Positions 6,703 to 16,774 of a stretch of 45,709 nucleotides of DNA are shown one piece after another (positions within the stretch are counted from its first letter, which is position 1; the number at the start of each line of letters is the position of its first letter). Source of the stretch: an uncultured Candidatus Saccharibacteria bacterium (GTDB taxonomy: Bacteria > Patescibacteriota > Minisyncoccia > 2-02-FULL-40-12 > GWA2-44-9). The notes beneath the pieces were generated by a model. It was given only the letters and a program-made list of their open reading frames with translations, was not told the origin of the DNA and ran no database searches. The stretch spans positions 1 to 45,709 of the forward strand of contig CAZPLD010000001.1 of assembly GCA_964587505.1 (NCBI GenBank). The letters run 5' to 3'. Position numbers and translations under genes: made by a program.

Positions 6703-8853
6703 ATGACAGACCTCTCCCTATCTATCGAAAAATTAAAAAACGTGGGACCAAGAAATATCCCCCGCCTCGCCAAACTCGGCGTAAAAACGGTAAGAAATCT
6801 TTTGTGGCATTTTCCCGTCCGCTATGAGGATTACAGCAAGGTTGTAACAATCTCCGAAATTGAACCCGGTCAAAAAGTAAACATCCAAGGGGAAATTTTA
6901 AAAATGAGCAACCGGATGATATTCCCCAGAAGAATGTCAATAACCAATGCTCTGGTCGGAGACGAGACCGGAGCTGTTAAGGTGGTCTGGTTCAACCAGC
7001 CATTCATCGCAAATTCCCTGAAAGAAGGAACGTTGGTCAGTTTAGCCGGAAAGGCCAATCTGGATAAACATGGTTTGTATCTTTCCAGCCCGACTTACGA
7101 AAAAATAAACGATATTGAATTTAAAAACTACAATTTAACTCATACCGGCGGTCTGATACCTATCTATCCCGAAACGGAAGGGGTTACTTCAAAATACCTG
7201 CGTTTTCTTATCAAACCAATTTTAAAGGACTTGGAAGTTCCGGACCCGCTACCGGCAGGGGTGATTAAAAAATATAACCTTCCACCTTTAAGCGAAGCTC
7301 TGACTAAGATTCACTACCCTACCAGTAATCAGGAGGCGGAAACCGCAAAAGAACGCCTCGCTTTCGACGACCTGCTTCTTTTCCAGTTAAAAGCCCTTCT
7401 TGAAAGAAGAAAATTAAACCAATTGAAATCGGTCCGAATTAAATTTGATAAGGACCTCATCCAAAGTTTTATCTCTCGCCTGCCATTTGAACTGACAAAA
7501 GACCAGAAAATAGCAGCTTGGGAAATTTTAAAAGACCTTGAAAAAACCTACCCCATGAACCGGCTTATGGAAGGAGATGTCGGAAGCGGCAAAACCGTTG
7601 TTGCTCTTATGGGAGCCGTTCAGGTTGCCAAGATAGGCTATCAGTCGGTATTTATGGCTCCGACAGAGGTCTTGGCCAACCAGCATTTCCGAACAATGTC
7701 CGAATTATTAGGCAATAACTTTCTGAACATCGGACTCCTGACCGGTTCCGAGGCCAGATTTAACAAAGAAAGAGTGGAGAAAACAAATCTGAAAAATAAA
7801 ATAGCCCGAGGCGAGGTGGATATTCTTATTGGAACTCATGCTGTGATACAAAAAGATATTCATTTTAAAAATCTTGCCTTCGTTGTTTTAGACGAACAAC
7901 ACAGGTTTGGAGTGGCCCAGCGAGCTGCATTGGTTAAGCCTTCGTCCCGAGCTCAGGCCGAGGGGAACAAAGAAATTGTACCCCACCTCTTATCTATGAC
8001 CGCTACCCCTATCCCCCGCACCCTTGCCCTGACTATCTACGGCGACTTGGATATTTCAATAATCAAAGAAAAACCCAAAAACAGGCAGAAAATTATTACA
8101 AAAGTTGTTTCTCCTTCCCAAAGGAAAGCTGCTTACAAATTTCTGCGTGACGAGGTGGTCTCTGGCCGGCAAGTTTTTGTCATTTGTCCGAGAATCGAGC
8201 TTGCCGACCCAACAAAAGAAATTAAGGGTAAGAACGGCCAGTCCAAAATGAATGTGCTTTGGGCTGAAGCTAAAGCGGTTCAGGAAGAATATAAAAAATT
8301 ATCAGAAGAGATATTTCCCGACCTTAAAGTGGCAATGCTCCATGGAAAAATGAAGCCGAATGAAAAAATTGAGACGATGCAAAAGTTCAAAGACAAAAAA
8401 TATGGGATTTTGGTTTCAACTTCAGTTGTTGAGGTGGGAGTAGATATTCAAAACGCCACCATTATGATGATAGAAAACTCCGAAAGATTCGGACTTGCTC
8501 AACTGCATCAATTCAGAGGTCGGGTCGGAAGAGGAGAACATCAGTCATACTGTCTTCTATTTTCTTCAACGGCAGACAAAAATATAAATCAAAGATTAAA
8601 AGCTCTGGTGGAGTGCGATGATGGATTTGAACTGGCAGAAAAAGACATGACCATCCGCGGACCCGGAGAATTCTTCGGCGTTAAGCAGTCCGGTCTTCCC
8701 GATTTGGCCATGGCTTCTCTTGCCAACGTAGAGCTAATCAAAAAAGCCCGGCTTGAGGCCCGGCTTTTGCTTAAAGAAAATTCCAACTTGAGCAATCATC
8801 CGCTTTTGAAAGAAAAACTGGACAGCTTCCAGCGTCTTACTCATTTCGAATAA
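6703..8853 (+). CDS. recG: ATP-dependent DNA helicase RecG
   Basis: OB wedge region. Helicase motifs GDVGSGKT, DEQHRFG, SMTATPIPRT, QLHQFRGRVGRG. Start moved to the ATG at 6703 because 6631..6702 overlaps the upstream terminator. Confidence 0.9.
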   Translation: MTDLSLSIEKLKNVGPRNIPRLAKLGVKTVRNLLWHFPVRYEDYSKVVTISEIEPGQKVNIQGEILKMSNRMIFPRRMSITNALVGDETGAVKVVWFNQPFIANSLKEGTLVSLAGKANLDKHGLYLSSPTYEKINDIEFKNYNLTHTGGLIPIYPETEGVTSKYLRFLIKPILKDLEVPDPLPAGVIKKYNLPPLSEALTKIHYPTSNQEAETAKERLAFDDLLLFQLKALLERRKLNQLKSVRIKFDKDLIQSFISRLPFELTKDQKIAAWEILKDLEKTYPMNRLMEGDVGSGKTVVALMGAVQVAKIGYQSVFMAPTEVLANQHFRTMSELLGNNFLNIGLLTGSEARFNKERVEKTNLKNKIARGEVDILIGTHAVIQKDIHFKNLAFVVLDEQHRFGVAQRAALVKPSSRAQAEGNKEIVPHLLSMTATPIPRTLALTIYGDLDISIIKEKPKNRQKIITKVVSPSQRKAAYKFLRDEVVSGRQVFVICPRIELADPTKEIKGKNGQSKMNVLWAEAKAVQEEYKKLSEEIFPDLKVAMLHGKMKPNEKIETMQKFKDKKYGILVSTSVVEVGVDIQNATIMMIENSERFGLAQLHQFRGRVGRGEHQSYCLLFSSTADKNINQRLKALVECDDGFELAEKDMTIRGPGEFFGVKQSGLPDLAMASLANVELIKKARLEARLLLKENSNLSNHPLLKEKLDSFQRLTHFE

Positions 8854-8880
8854 TAACCGGCATTATGCCGGTTATTATTT
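8851..8880 (+). terminator. recG terminator
   Basis: taataaccggca-tta-tgccggttatta plus ttt. Confidence 0.65.
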
Positions 8881-9012
8881 GCGTCTTGGAAAATGTTTTT
8901 TCTTAAATTCTTCTATCTCTTTTGGGTCAGTTATTCGTTTGGCTCCCAAGGCCTTGGCAATTTCATCAGGATCTATTTTTTTATATTCTTTGGGTTTTCT
9001 TTTATTGGACAC
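8875..9012 (-). CDS. Possible small basic protein (45 aa), GTG start
   Basis: GGAGG lies 5 nt before the GTG at 9012. Reads VSNKRKPKEYKKIDPDEIAKALGAKRITDPKEIEEFKKKHFPRRK. Below the ORF-track cut-off. Confidence 0.3.
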   Translation of the reverse strand: MSNKRKPKEYKKIDPDEIAKALGAKRITDPKEIEEFKKKHFPRRK

Positions 9013-9082
9013 GAGTCCTCCGGTAAACTAAGGAACTGAATCCCAAAATAACACGGATTAGTTAACCTCGCAACTATTTTTA

Positions 9083-10642
9083 TTACTTCGACCTTACCTT
9101 GGGAGTTACCCAAAATCCCATGTAGCGCCCCAACATTAACCTTGTTTGGGCCTCCAATGCCGGTATAGAACCGAGAAATATCGTGGTTGCCGGAAACAAG
9201 ACCCATTGAACCAGCATCCAGAAGTATTTAAATTTGCCGTATTTTAGAGGCTTGGGCGGAAGCAGAACAATGGACAAGATGGCCGAAGAAACTAAACCAA
9301 GCATTGAAAGGGTCATTATTATTCTGGTGAGGTATGGAAGGTTAAAAGAAAGAACCGTTCGGTTGAATTCCGGGCCGCCCAAAAGAACCGGCAACCAGCC
9401 AAGAGCAAAAATAAGCAGAGCGTTAGTTGCCCAAGAGTGGTTTCCTTCAATTACCATAAACCCGTAGTGCCATTTTTTGAAAAGTGGGATGGCCTTGTTT
9501 CTCATAAACCCGAACATGAAATAAGGAATATTTTCGGCTCCATATGCCCAGCGCCTCTGTTGTTTGTAAATATTTTTCAGCGTCTGAATATTGGTGGGCG
9601 CAACGTTAGCATCCATAGATACCGGATAAAACAACGGTACAACTTTATAATCGCCGTCGTACCTTAAAAAGCATTGCCAGAATATGCGGGAGTCCTCTGA
9701 AACCATATTCTTTTGCCAAAATCCGACATCAACCAGCGCTTGGAACGGCATTGAGTGGGAAGAAAACGTGGTGGCTGTTTCTGATTTTTCCTGTTTTACA
9801 GTATGCCAAAATGTTGCCGCAAAAGCGACAACTCTGGCAAATGACGGGGCTTCCCAAATATTATTGACATATAAAGGGATCGGCTGATATGAAGCCCGCA
9901 AAGGATTTTCGGTAGTAAGAAAAGTGTGGGTCAAAACTCCAAAATATTCGGGGAAAACAACAGTATCAATATCAAAGTTAGAAATAAGAATTTGCTCATA
10001 TGGGATCTGTCGGACATCTATGATAGATTCCTTGACCACTTTGGCGGCATAGGCAGTGTTGGAACCCTTGCCTGGAATCTCGTCGGAAAGATTAGCAGGA
10101 TGCATTATAGAAACAAGGTCTAAAAAAGAATTTTTATAGTTTTTTTCAACTTCACGGACCACTTCTTCTGTCTCTTTGCCGCCTCTTTCTTCCCAGCAAA
10201 TAGCTACTATCATTTTAGATTTGGGGTAACTAGTTTTTAAAAGACCCTCCATCGTAGTGGCAATAATGGAATAGTCTTCTTTGTATATAGGCAGCAATAT
10301 AAAATGATAGATGTCCTGCCACGATTTAATAGTTTTTAGTTTATAGTCTTCAGTTTTAAGTTGGTTGAGTTTGTCCAACCAGTTCACGGTCAGATTTTTT
10401 TTCAATTTGTTATAAGAAACCCGAAGATGCAAAGATAGATACACAGTCTTGATAAGCCAATAAACATCGAAGGCGATTATAAATATCGCCATAAAAAAGG
10501 GAGCTAAAAACGATAACACTACAACCAAACACAGGCTGAACCAAGCCAGAAAACCGGGCATTATTTCCAAAGCTCGGTATAAACGATGGTCTTTTCGATT
10601 ATTCAAGTCGGTTGCCCGGCCAATGTGGAGATAGTCAAACAT
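9083..10642 (-). CDS. Family-2 glycosyltransferase, membrane-embedded (processive-synthase-like)
   Basis: N- and C-terminal TM helices. GT2 core with a QQRRWAYG (QxxRW) motif. Confidence 0.75.
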   Translation of the reverse strand: MFDYLHIGRATDLNNRKDHRLYRALEIMPGFLAWFSLCLVVVLSFLAPFFMAIFIIAFDVYWLIKTVYLSLHLRVSYNKLKKNLTVNWLDKLNQLKTEDYKLKTIKSWQDIYHFILLPIYKEDYSIIATTMEGLLKTSYPKSKMIVAICWEERGGKETEEVVREVEKNYKNSFLDLVSIMHPANLSDEIPGKGSNTAYAAKVVKESIIDVRQIPYEQILISNFDIDTVVFPEYFGVLTHTFLTTENPLRASYQPIPLYVNNIWEAPSFARVVAFAATFWHTVKQEKSETATTFSSHSMPFQALVDVGFWQKNMVSEDSRIFWQCFLRYDGDYKVVPLFYPVSMDANVAPTNIQTLKNIYKQQRRWAYGAENIPYFMFGFMRNKAIPLFKKWHYGFMVIEGNHSWATNALLIFALGWLPVLLGGPEFNRTVLSFNLPYLTRIIMTLSMLGLVSSAILSIVLLPPKPLKYGKFKYFWMLVQWVLFPATTIFLGSIPALEAQTRLMLGRYMGFWVTPKVRSK

Positions 10643-10698
10643 ATAAATCTTCTAAACTTTACGCCAAAAATCTATTTTTTGCAATAAAAATCCCGATA

Positions 10699-13131
10699 TT
10701 ATCGGGACTCTGGAAATGCTATTTCCAAAACTTGGTCAACAGACTCAACAAAATAAAACTTGAGTTTGTCCTTGACGGCCTGGGGCACATCATGGAGGTT
10801 TCTTTCGTTATCTTTCGGCATGATTATTTCTTCAATTCCAGCCCTTTCAGCAGCTACGATCTTTTCTCTGATCCCGCCGACCGCCGTAACCATTCCTTTC
10901 AAATTGATTTCCCCCGTCATTGCCAGGTTTGGTTTTGCTGCCCTATCTGTTATTTCCGAATATAAAGCAGTAAAAATAGTGACTCCGGCAGACGGTCCGT
11001 CTTTCGGAACCGCACCTTCTGGTATGTGCAAATGAATAAATTTTTCCGCCAAGCTTTGGGCCAACTTATGATCTGTTTTCCCTAGCCTGTTTCTAAGCAA
11101 GGTCAGGGCAACCTCATCGGACTCCTTCATCACATTGCCTTGCATTCCGGTTCGGGCAAAAACTTTTTTATCATGTAATCTTGGATTCATTTCCACTTGA
11201 ACATAAAGTATGTCTCCTCCGACAGGTGTCCAGGCAAGACCTATAGCTTCCCCGATTATGGTTGGTCTGGCTCGGTCTTTAACAAATCTGGGCGGTCCAA
11301 GATATTCGTAGACTTTTTGTTCATTTACCTCAAATTGAACAATCGGTTTGCCTTCATTTTTTGATCTAAGGTATTCCCGACAAATCTTTTTGATAATTTT
11401 TGAGAGAGCTCTCTCTATGTTTCTGACTCCTGCTTCATGTGTATAACCCCTGATGATCTTGGAGATCAACTCACCTTCCCAGACAACTTCAATATTGTTT
11501 TGGGCGAGACCTAAGTCTTTCATCAACCGAGGAAGCAAGTGTCTCTTAGCAATTTCTACCTTCTCAACTTCTAAATATCCGGGCAGACGAATGACATCCA
11601 TTCTATCCTTAAGGGCGGGGTGGATGGTATCTTCTTGATTTGCTGTAGCGACAAACAGAACTTTCGAAAGGTCAAACCCACAAGCTGTCCAATGGTCCTT
11701 GAAAGAGTTATTCTGTTCGGGATCCAAAACTTCAAGCATGGCCGCCGAAGGATCGCCTTGAGCAGACATGTTTCCCAATTTATCTATTTCATCAATAACA
11801 AACAATGGATTCTTGACCCCGCACCTTTTCATTAGCTTCAAAACCTCTCCGGGTTCAGCACCGATATATGTTATAGCATGACCCCTGATCTGGGATTCAT
11901 CTTTGATACCGCCCAAAGACATTCGGGTGTATTTTCTGTTTAATGCCCTAGCAATGGACTTGGCTAAAGATGTTTTGCCTACTCCGGGGGGACCCACAAG
12001 GCAAATGATGGAACCTTTGCTGTTGGCATTGAGAATTCTTGGAGCAACTTGGTCACAAATTGAATCTTTTTCATGAATAAGACCATAGTGGTCTTCATCG
12101 AGAATCTGGGATACTTTAGTAATATCGCCCTCTTGAACTGTTTCATCTTTCCAAGGAAGGTCGAGAATGAACTCGATACGCCGCATATATTTGGGCCATT
12201 CATAAGTATTCGCTTGCGGATTCCCGAAAGATTTCAGTTTTTTCATATCCTCAACCACTATGTCCCGGGCATCTTCATTCATGTGCTCGCGAATTACTTT
12301 GAACTTTTCCCATTGCTTTTTAATCTCGGCATGGACATTTTTAAAAAAATCATCTTCACTTTGGTTTTTTGAATCCGGAACGTTAGCGCTTCTGTCCCTT
12401 CTTATCAGCTTTTCATCTTTTAACACACCCTGCTTCTGAATTTCCAAAAGGCTCAATCGTTCTTTCAGCTTCTTAATGCACAGTTCGATTCTTTCCGGCA
12501 AGCTCGTGCTTTCAAGAAAGGGCTGTTTATCTTTCTGAAAGAGATCCGGAAGAGAATGGAGGGCTGTCCAAACAAAATTATCTACAGCATCCACGTCTTC
12601 TTTGTCGATATTCTCAAAATCATCAATAATTTCCCTGATAAACCTATCGTCAAAATCATAGTAACCCTTAGACCTGATCAAAAAACCAACAAGAAGATCT
12701 CTGATTCTTATCATGCTAGCCGTGACTTGCTGGTGGGCTTGGACAAAGTAATCATCATAATTTTCGTCTTCTACTTTTTTGACGGTCACCCTCCAAAGTC
12801 CCCCATCATAATCATCTAATTTTTTGAGACTAAGCATCTCGGCCCTGAACATGCCTCTTAGAGTAATTATCGGATTCCCGATATAAAGTTCTGCTGCTGC
12901 AACAACACCCACTTTATAAAACATGTCTGGAACTTCTTTGATTCTCGGATCCGACATTACCCCAAAAAGATAGGGACTTAGGCCCTCCCGTACGATCTGT
13001 AAAATTCTCTTAGAAGATTTGTTTTGGTCTAAAAATACACGAACAGTAACGTTTGGCATTACCATCACGCTCGGAGGAAGATTAAGTAAGTAATGCTCAT
13101 TTGGAAGCATAATTTGCCGGCTTGGGTGCAT
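10699..13131 (-). CDS. lon: ATP-dependent Lon protease (LonA type)
   Basis: LON N-domain. Walker A GPPGVGKTS. Protease motif PKDGPSAGVT and GGIREK. Confidence 0.92.
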   Translation of the reverse strand: MHPSRQIMLPNEHYLLNLPPSVMVMPNVTVRVFLDQNKSSKRILQIVREGLSPYLFGVMSDPRIKEVPDMFYKVGVVAAAELYIGNPIITLRGMFRAEMLSLKKLDDYDGGLWRVTVKKVEDENYDDYFVQAHQQVTASMIRIRDLLVGFLIRSKGYYDFDDRFIREIIDDFENIDKEDVDAVDNFVWTALHSLPDLFQKDKQPFLESTSLPERIELCIKKLKERLSLLEIQKQGVLKDEKLIRRDRSANVPDSKNQSEDDFFKNVHAEIKKQWEKFKVIREHMNEDARDIVVEDMKKLKSFGNPQANTYEWPKYMRRIEFILDLPWKDETVQEGDITKVSQILDEDHYGLIHEKDSICDQVAPRILNANSKGSIICLVGPPGVGKTSLAKSIARALNRKYTRMSLGGIKDESQIRGHAITYIGAEPGEVLKLMKRCGVKNPLFVIDEIDKLGNMSAQGDPSAAMLEVLDPEQNNSFKDHWTACGFDLSKVLFVATANQEDTIHPALKDRMDVIRLPGYLEVEKVEIAKRHLLPRLMKDLGLAQNNIEVVWEGELISKIIRGYTHEAGVRNIERALSKIIKKICREYLRSKNEGKPIVQFEVNEQKVYEYLGPPRFVKDRARPTIIGEAIGLAWTPVGGDILYVQVEMNPRLHDKKVFARTGMQGNVMKESDEVALTLLRNRLGKTDHKLAQSLAEKFIHLHIPEGAVPKDGPSAGVTIFTALYSEITDRAAKPNLAMTGEINLKGMVTAVGGIREKIVAAERAGIEEIIMPKDNERNLHDVPQAVKDKLKFYFVESVDQVLEIAFPESR

Positions 13132-13206
13132 TTTTCTTTATCCTCTGGTTGGTAACGAACTTGCCGATAGTATACAAATTATCCAGGAAAAATCAATATT
13201 TTTTGC

Positions 13207-13234
13207 TTGACAATGAATTTCTTTATACTAAGAT
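13207..13234 (+). promoter_or_regulatory. Putative prkA promoter
   Basis: TTGACA (13207..13212), 16 nt, TAAGAT (13229..13234). GGAG SD before the ATG. Confidence 0.5.
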
Positions 13235-13276
13235 TGATGAGTTCAGAACTTTAAAAATAATCGCTTAGGAGACGCA

Positions 13277-15364
13277 ATGTCAGAAGGAAAGAAAAACGGC
13301 TTGAACGGCATCATCCAAAAAGATGCCGAGCGGAAAAGAGACAAAAAGAAGCTTCACAAAGAAATAACATTCCGTGAATATTTGAGCCTGGTGGCGGAAG
13401 ATCCGGCCATAGCCCAGCTTTCTGCTTCAAGATTATGGGAAGTAATTCAAAACGCCGGAGTGGTAAAACTCCCCGAAGAAGAACAGTGGATGGGAGTTTC
13501 TACCGGATATGACCTTTTCCGTAAAGAACTTTACGGGGTAGACAAACCCATATCTGAAGCGGTCGAACATATAAAAGTCGGGGCAACCCGCGGCTCCACT
13601 GGAAAGTATCTTTTGATCCTTGTCGGCCCTCCGGGAGCAGGAAAATCAACTTGGGTAAGAATTCTGGGCAAGGCACTGGAAAATTATAATACTCGTCCCG
13701 TATTTTTCGTTAAAGGATGCCCAAAACACGAAGAACCTCTCCACCTACTCCCCCGCTATATGCGGGATGAGGTGGCAAAAAAACAAGAAGACTGTTCAGA
13801 ATGCTTTAAATCAGACAAACCAAAACATATTCACCTTGGGATCCAAATAGAAGGAGACCTTTGTCCTGTTTGCCGAGACCTCCTGGAAACAAAATATACT
13901 GATTCAGACGGAACTGTCCGTTGGTACGAAGTTCCGGTCGAGACATTCACTTTCTCAATTCAAGGCCGGCGCGGAATCGGTTCATTTGAACCGTCAAACG
14001 AAATAACCTCCGATACCACGGCTCTAAGCGGCCGGGAAAATATCGGAATAACTTCAAATCCGGCCTACGGCCACAAACATCCACGGGCTTTTGAAATAAG
14101 CGGCGAAGTTCCCGCTGGAGAAAGAGGTTATCTTGAAGCAAGAGAAGCTACTTCAAGCGATCCTAAGGTTTTGAGACTTTTCTTCAGCGTTGCTGAAGAA
14201 AAACAGTTGAAAATAGAGGGGTCTTATTTCCCTCATCTTTCAGTTGATACTGTCTTCATCGGCCATACCAACCTGACCGCTTTTAAGGAGTTCTCTACAA
14301 ATAAAAAATATGAGGGGCTCCATGATAGATTTATCGTGGTGCCATTCCACTATCCTCTGCGCATAAATGACGAAGTAAAACTCTATAGAAAACTCATTGA
14401 AAGAGAGAGTGATTTTATCCGGCTCAAGAAATGCCATATCGCACCGGGAGCATTAGAGCTTGCGGCTTTATTTGCCATCCTGACACGTCTCGTGCCATCA
14501 CAAATGGGCGTTGACGTCCTAACAAAGGCCAAAGTCTATAACGGCGATAGAGCATTGACAGAACTTAGAGATAAAGACAAAAAGCCAATTGATGTCCGAG
14601 AACTTATCGAAGAAGGCCAGACCCCAACAGACATCGCCAAAAAAGAAGGCATGTTCGGGGTCAGTTCCCGAACTGTTCTTGCCGCTTTAAACAGCGCCCT
14701 GGCTAAAGAATCAGATGCCAACAACGGATGCTTAACCCCTCTTCGGGCCTTAACAACCTTGAGAGATATTTTTGAACACCGAATGGGCTTTGCTCCGGAA
14801 GAGGTCAACCGCTACAAAGAATTGCTTTCTTCAAGTGAGGGCGGTACCGTTATTGCCGAATACAAAGAATTCACAATAAACGCGGTCCAAAAAGCATTTC
14901 TTAAGGCTTATGGCGATTTAGCCCGTCAAATGTTTGATGACTACATAAGAGAAGCCAGGTTTTATAGGGACCAAAAAAGAAAGTTCATTAAAGGCCGCAT
15001 CGACATTGCTCGTGATAAACTGAGCGGTAAACCTAAAGAGCCCAACGTAAAACTATTGCGGGAAATAGAAGAACATATTCCAATTTCCGAATCAGAAGCT
15101 GACAATTACCGCGGAGAGATTTTGGAAGAAGCCGGAAAAATCACTTATGACACTTATCCCGACTTAGCTCGCGCTGTTGAAAAGAAACTCCTTTCTGACT
15201 CAAAAGATATGTTAAAGACGGTCTTATCCGCTCATAAACTCAAAAACGAAGAGTCAAAGAAACGGGCCAACGATCTTTTCTCTGAACTTACCGGCCCCGG
15301 AGGGTTCTGCAAAACTTGTGCCAAAGAGATCATAGAAAAGGCCGACGAATTCCTAAACGAATAA
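13277..15364 (+). CDS. prkA: PrkA-family AAA+ serine protein kinase (YeaG/PrkA)
   Basis: Walker A GPPGAGKST. Cys cluster CPKHEEPLHLLP...CPVCRDL, typical of PrkA. Confidence 0.9.
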   Translation: MSEGKKNGLNGIIQKDAERKRDKKKLHKEITFREYLSLVAEDPAIAQLSASRLWEVIQNAGVVKLPEEEQWMGVSTGYDLFRKELYGVDKPISEAVEHIKVGATRGSTGKYLLILVGPPGAGKSTWVRILGKALENYNTRPVFFVKGCPKHEEPLHLLPRYMRDEVAKKQEDCSECFKSDKPKHIHLGIQIEGDLCPVCRDLLETKYTDSDGTVRWYEVPVETFTFSIQGRRGIGSFEPSNEITSDTTALSGRENIGITSNPAYGHKHPRAFEISGEVPAGERGYLEAREATSSDPKVLRLFFSVAEEKQLKIEGSYFPHLSVDTVFIGHTNLTAFKEFSTNKKYEGLHDRFIVVPFHYPLRINDEVKLYRKLIERESDFIRLKKCHIAPGALELAALFAILTRLVPSQMGVDVLTKAKVYNGDRALTELRDKDKKPIDVRELIEEGQTPTDIAKKEGMFGVSSRTVLAALNSALAKESDANNGCLTPLRALTTLRDIFEHRMGFAPEEVNRYKELLSSSEGGTVIAEYKEFTINAVQKAFLKAYGDLARQMFDDYIREARFYRDQKRKFIKGRIDIARDKLSGKPKEPNVKLLREIEEHIPISESEADNYRGEILEEAGKITYDTYPDLARAVEKKLLSDSKDMLKTVLSAHKLKNEESKKRANDLFSELTGPGGFCKTCAKEIIEKADEFLNE

Positions 15365-15382
15365 ATAAAACAACTAACCAAC

Positions 15383-15408
15383 AGCTTCCTTTACGGAAGC
15401 TTTTTTTG
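15383..15408 (+). terminator. Intrinsic terminator between prkA and yeaH
   Basis: agcttcc-tttac-ggaagct followed by T7. Confidence 0.7.
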
Positions 15409-15454
15409 TTGTTATCCTTTTTTCAGAAATTTAAAAATTTATTGAGGCATACTC

Positions 15455-16774
15455 ATGTCCATCATAGTAACAGAACCGGTAACCAAGCGCGGACGCAAAG
15501 ATGCCCGCCGGCACCGGGAAAAACAAAGAGAAGCCATAATCGGAAAACTTCCCGAAATCATCGCCGATGAATCAATTATTACCCGGAAGGGAAACAAAAC
15601 AATAAAGATTCCGATAAGAAGCATCGACCTGCCCCACTTCCGCCCAAAGACCGAAGGTAATCCGGAAGGTATAGGTCAAGGAGACGGAAAGCCCGGAGAC
15701 GTTATAGGTCATCGGCCCGGCCAAGGCAAGCCTGGAGAACCCGGCCAAGAACCGGGGGTAGATTATATAGAAACAGAGGTTGAAATAGAAGAGATCATTG
15801 AGCTGATGCTTGAAGATCTTGGTCTTCCGGAACTGGAGGAAAAAGAAGTCAAAGAATTAGTCGTAGAATTGGGATATAAGATAGGCGGAATTGTAAGATC
15901 CGGCTCTTGGCCTTTGTTGGACAGAAAGGCCACTGCCCAAGAGGGAATGAAAAGGTTTTGGAGTCTTTTAGAAGCTCTCAAAGCGGAAACCGGACTTGAT
16001 GAGCTCACGTGCTTTAACGCTCTTAAACAGGCCGAGGGATTGCTGGAAACAGCTATTGAAATTATTAAACAAAACCAGATAACGCTCAAAGAATCTGCCT
16101 TAACCCCCTTCCCCATCTTTGAAGCTGGTGACTTGAGATATCGTGAAATCCAGCAAGATGCGGAAAACCAGTCCAATGCCGTTATTGTTGCCATGATGGA
16201 TGTTTCTGGTTCCATGGGCGATATGAAAAAATACCTAGCCCGGGCAATGCTGTTCTGGTTAGTGGCATTTTTAAGAAAATTATATAAAAACGTAGAGGTT
16301 AGATTTATAATTCATCATTCTACGGCCAAGTTAGTGGACGAAGAGGATTTCTTTAAGACCGGCGAGAGTGGCGGAACTAACTGCTATACGGCCTATGAAC
16401 TGGCAAATGGATTGGTTGATACGGAATATCCAACCAGCCGTTGGAACGTTTATATATGGCATTTTTCCGACGGCGAGGACTTTAGCCCCGATAGAACCAT
16501 TGAGGAGCTGGAGAAACTAATAGACAAAAAAGTTAACATGGTTGGCTATGGAGAGGTTCAGCCGGATGCTAATCCGACCTTATTTCAAAATAATAGATCC
16601 GGACTCTGGGATAAATTTAAAAATTACTTCACTTTGAAAGAAGTCCGTGATAATGGTTTGGGATTAGCTGAAGGCAAGAAGGAACTGCCACTTTTGTGCA
16701 TCCGTCTCATGGAGCGGGAACATATTTTACCAGCCCTGAAAGCATTCTTGAGAAAGGATAGGTGGGCTCAATGA
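15455..16774 (+). CDS. yeaH: YeaH/YhbH family protein (DUF444, vWA-like)
   Basis: Basic N-terminus, Gly/Pro-rich linker, C-terminal vWA-like MMDVSGSMGD. Confidence 0.88.
   Translation: MSIIVTEPVTKRGRKDARRHREKQREAIIGKLPEIIADESIITRKGNKTIKIPIRSIDLPHFRPKTEGNPEGIGQGDGKPGDVIGHRPGQGKPGEPGQEPGVDYIETEVEIEEIIELMLEDLGLPELEEKEVKELVVELGYKIGGIVRSGSWPLLDRKATAQEGMKRFWSLLEALKAETGLDELTCFNALKQAEGLLETAIEIIKQNQITLKESALTPFPIFEAGDLRYREIQQDAENQSNAVIVAMMDVSGSMGDMKKYLARAMLFWLVAFLRKLYKNVEVRFIIHHSTAKLVDEEDFFKTGESGGTNCYTAYELANGLVDTEYPTSRWNVYIWHFSDGEDFSPDRTIEELEKLIDKKVNMVGYGEVQPDANPTLFQNNRSGLWDKFKNYFTLKEVRDNGLGLAEGKKELPLLCIRLMEREHILPALKAFLRKDRWAQ

Noticed and set aside
8973-9206. A 77-aa minus-strand ORF in the recG/GT2 gap.
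   Set aside because: It overlaps the 3' end of the GT2 gene in another frame, and no ribosome-binding site is visible. The shorter SD-preceded ORF at 8875..9012 explains the gap better.
10612-12819. Plus-strand track ORFs inside lon (10612..10965, 10760..11035, 11453..11638, 11620..11835, 12073..12372, 12556..12819). Analogous antisense ORFs occur inside polA, prkA, yeaH, spoVR, holA, pnp, infB, recG, GT2, comM, MFS and the Pro-rich gene.
   Set aside because: They lie entirely antisense to, or out of frame within, long ORFs that carry unmistakable family motifs. They have no SD and low-complexity translations. I treat them as shadow ORFs.
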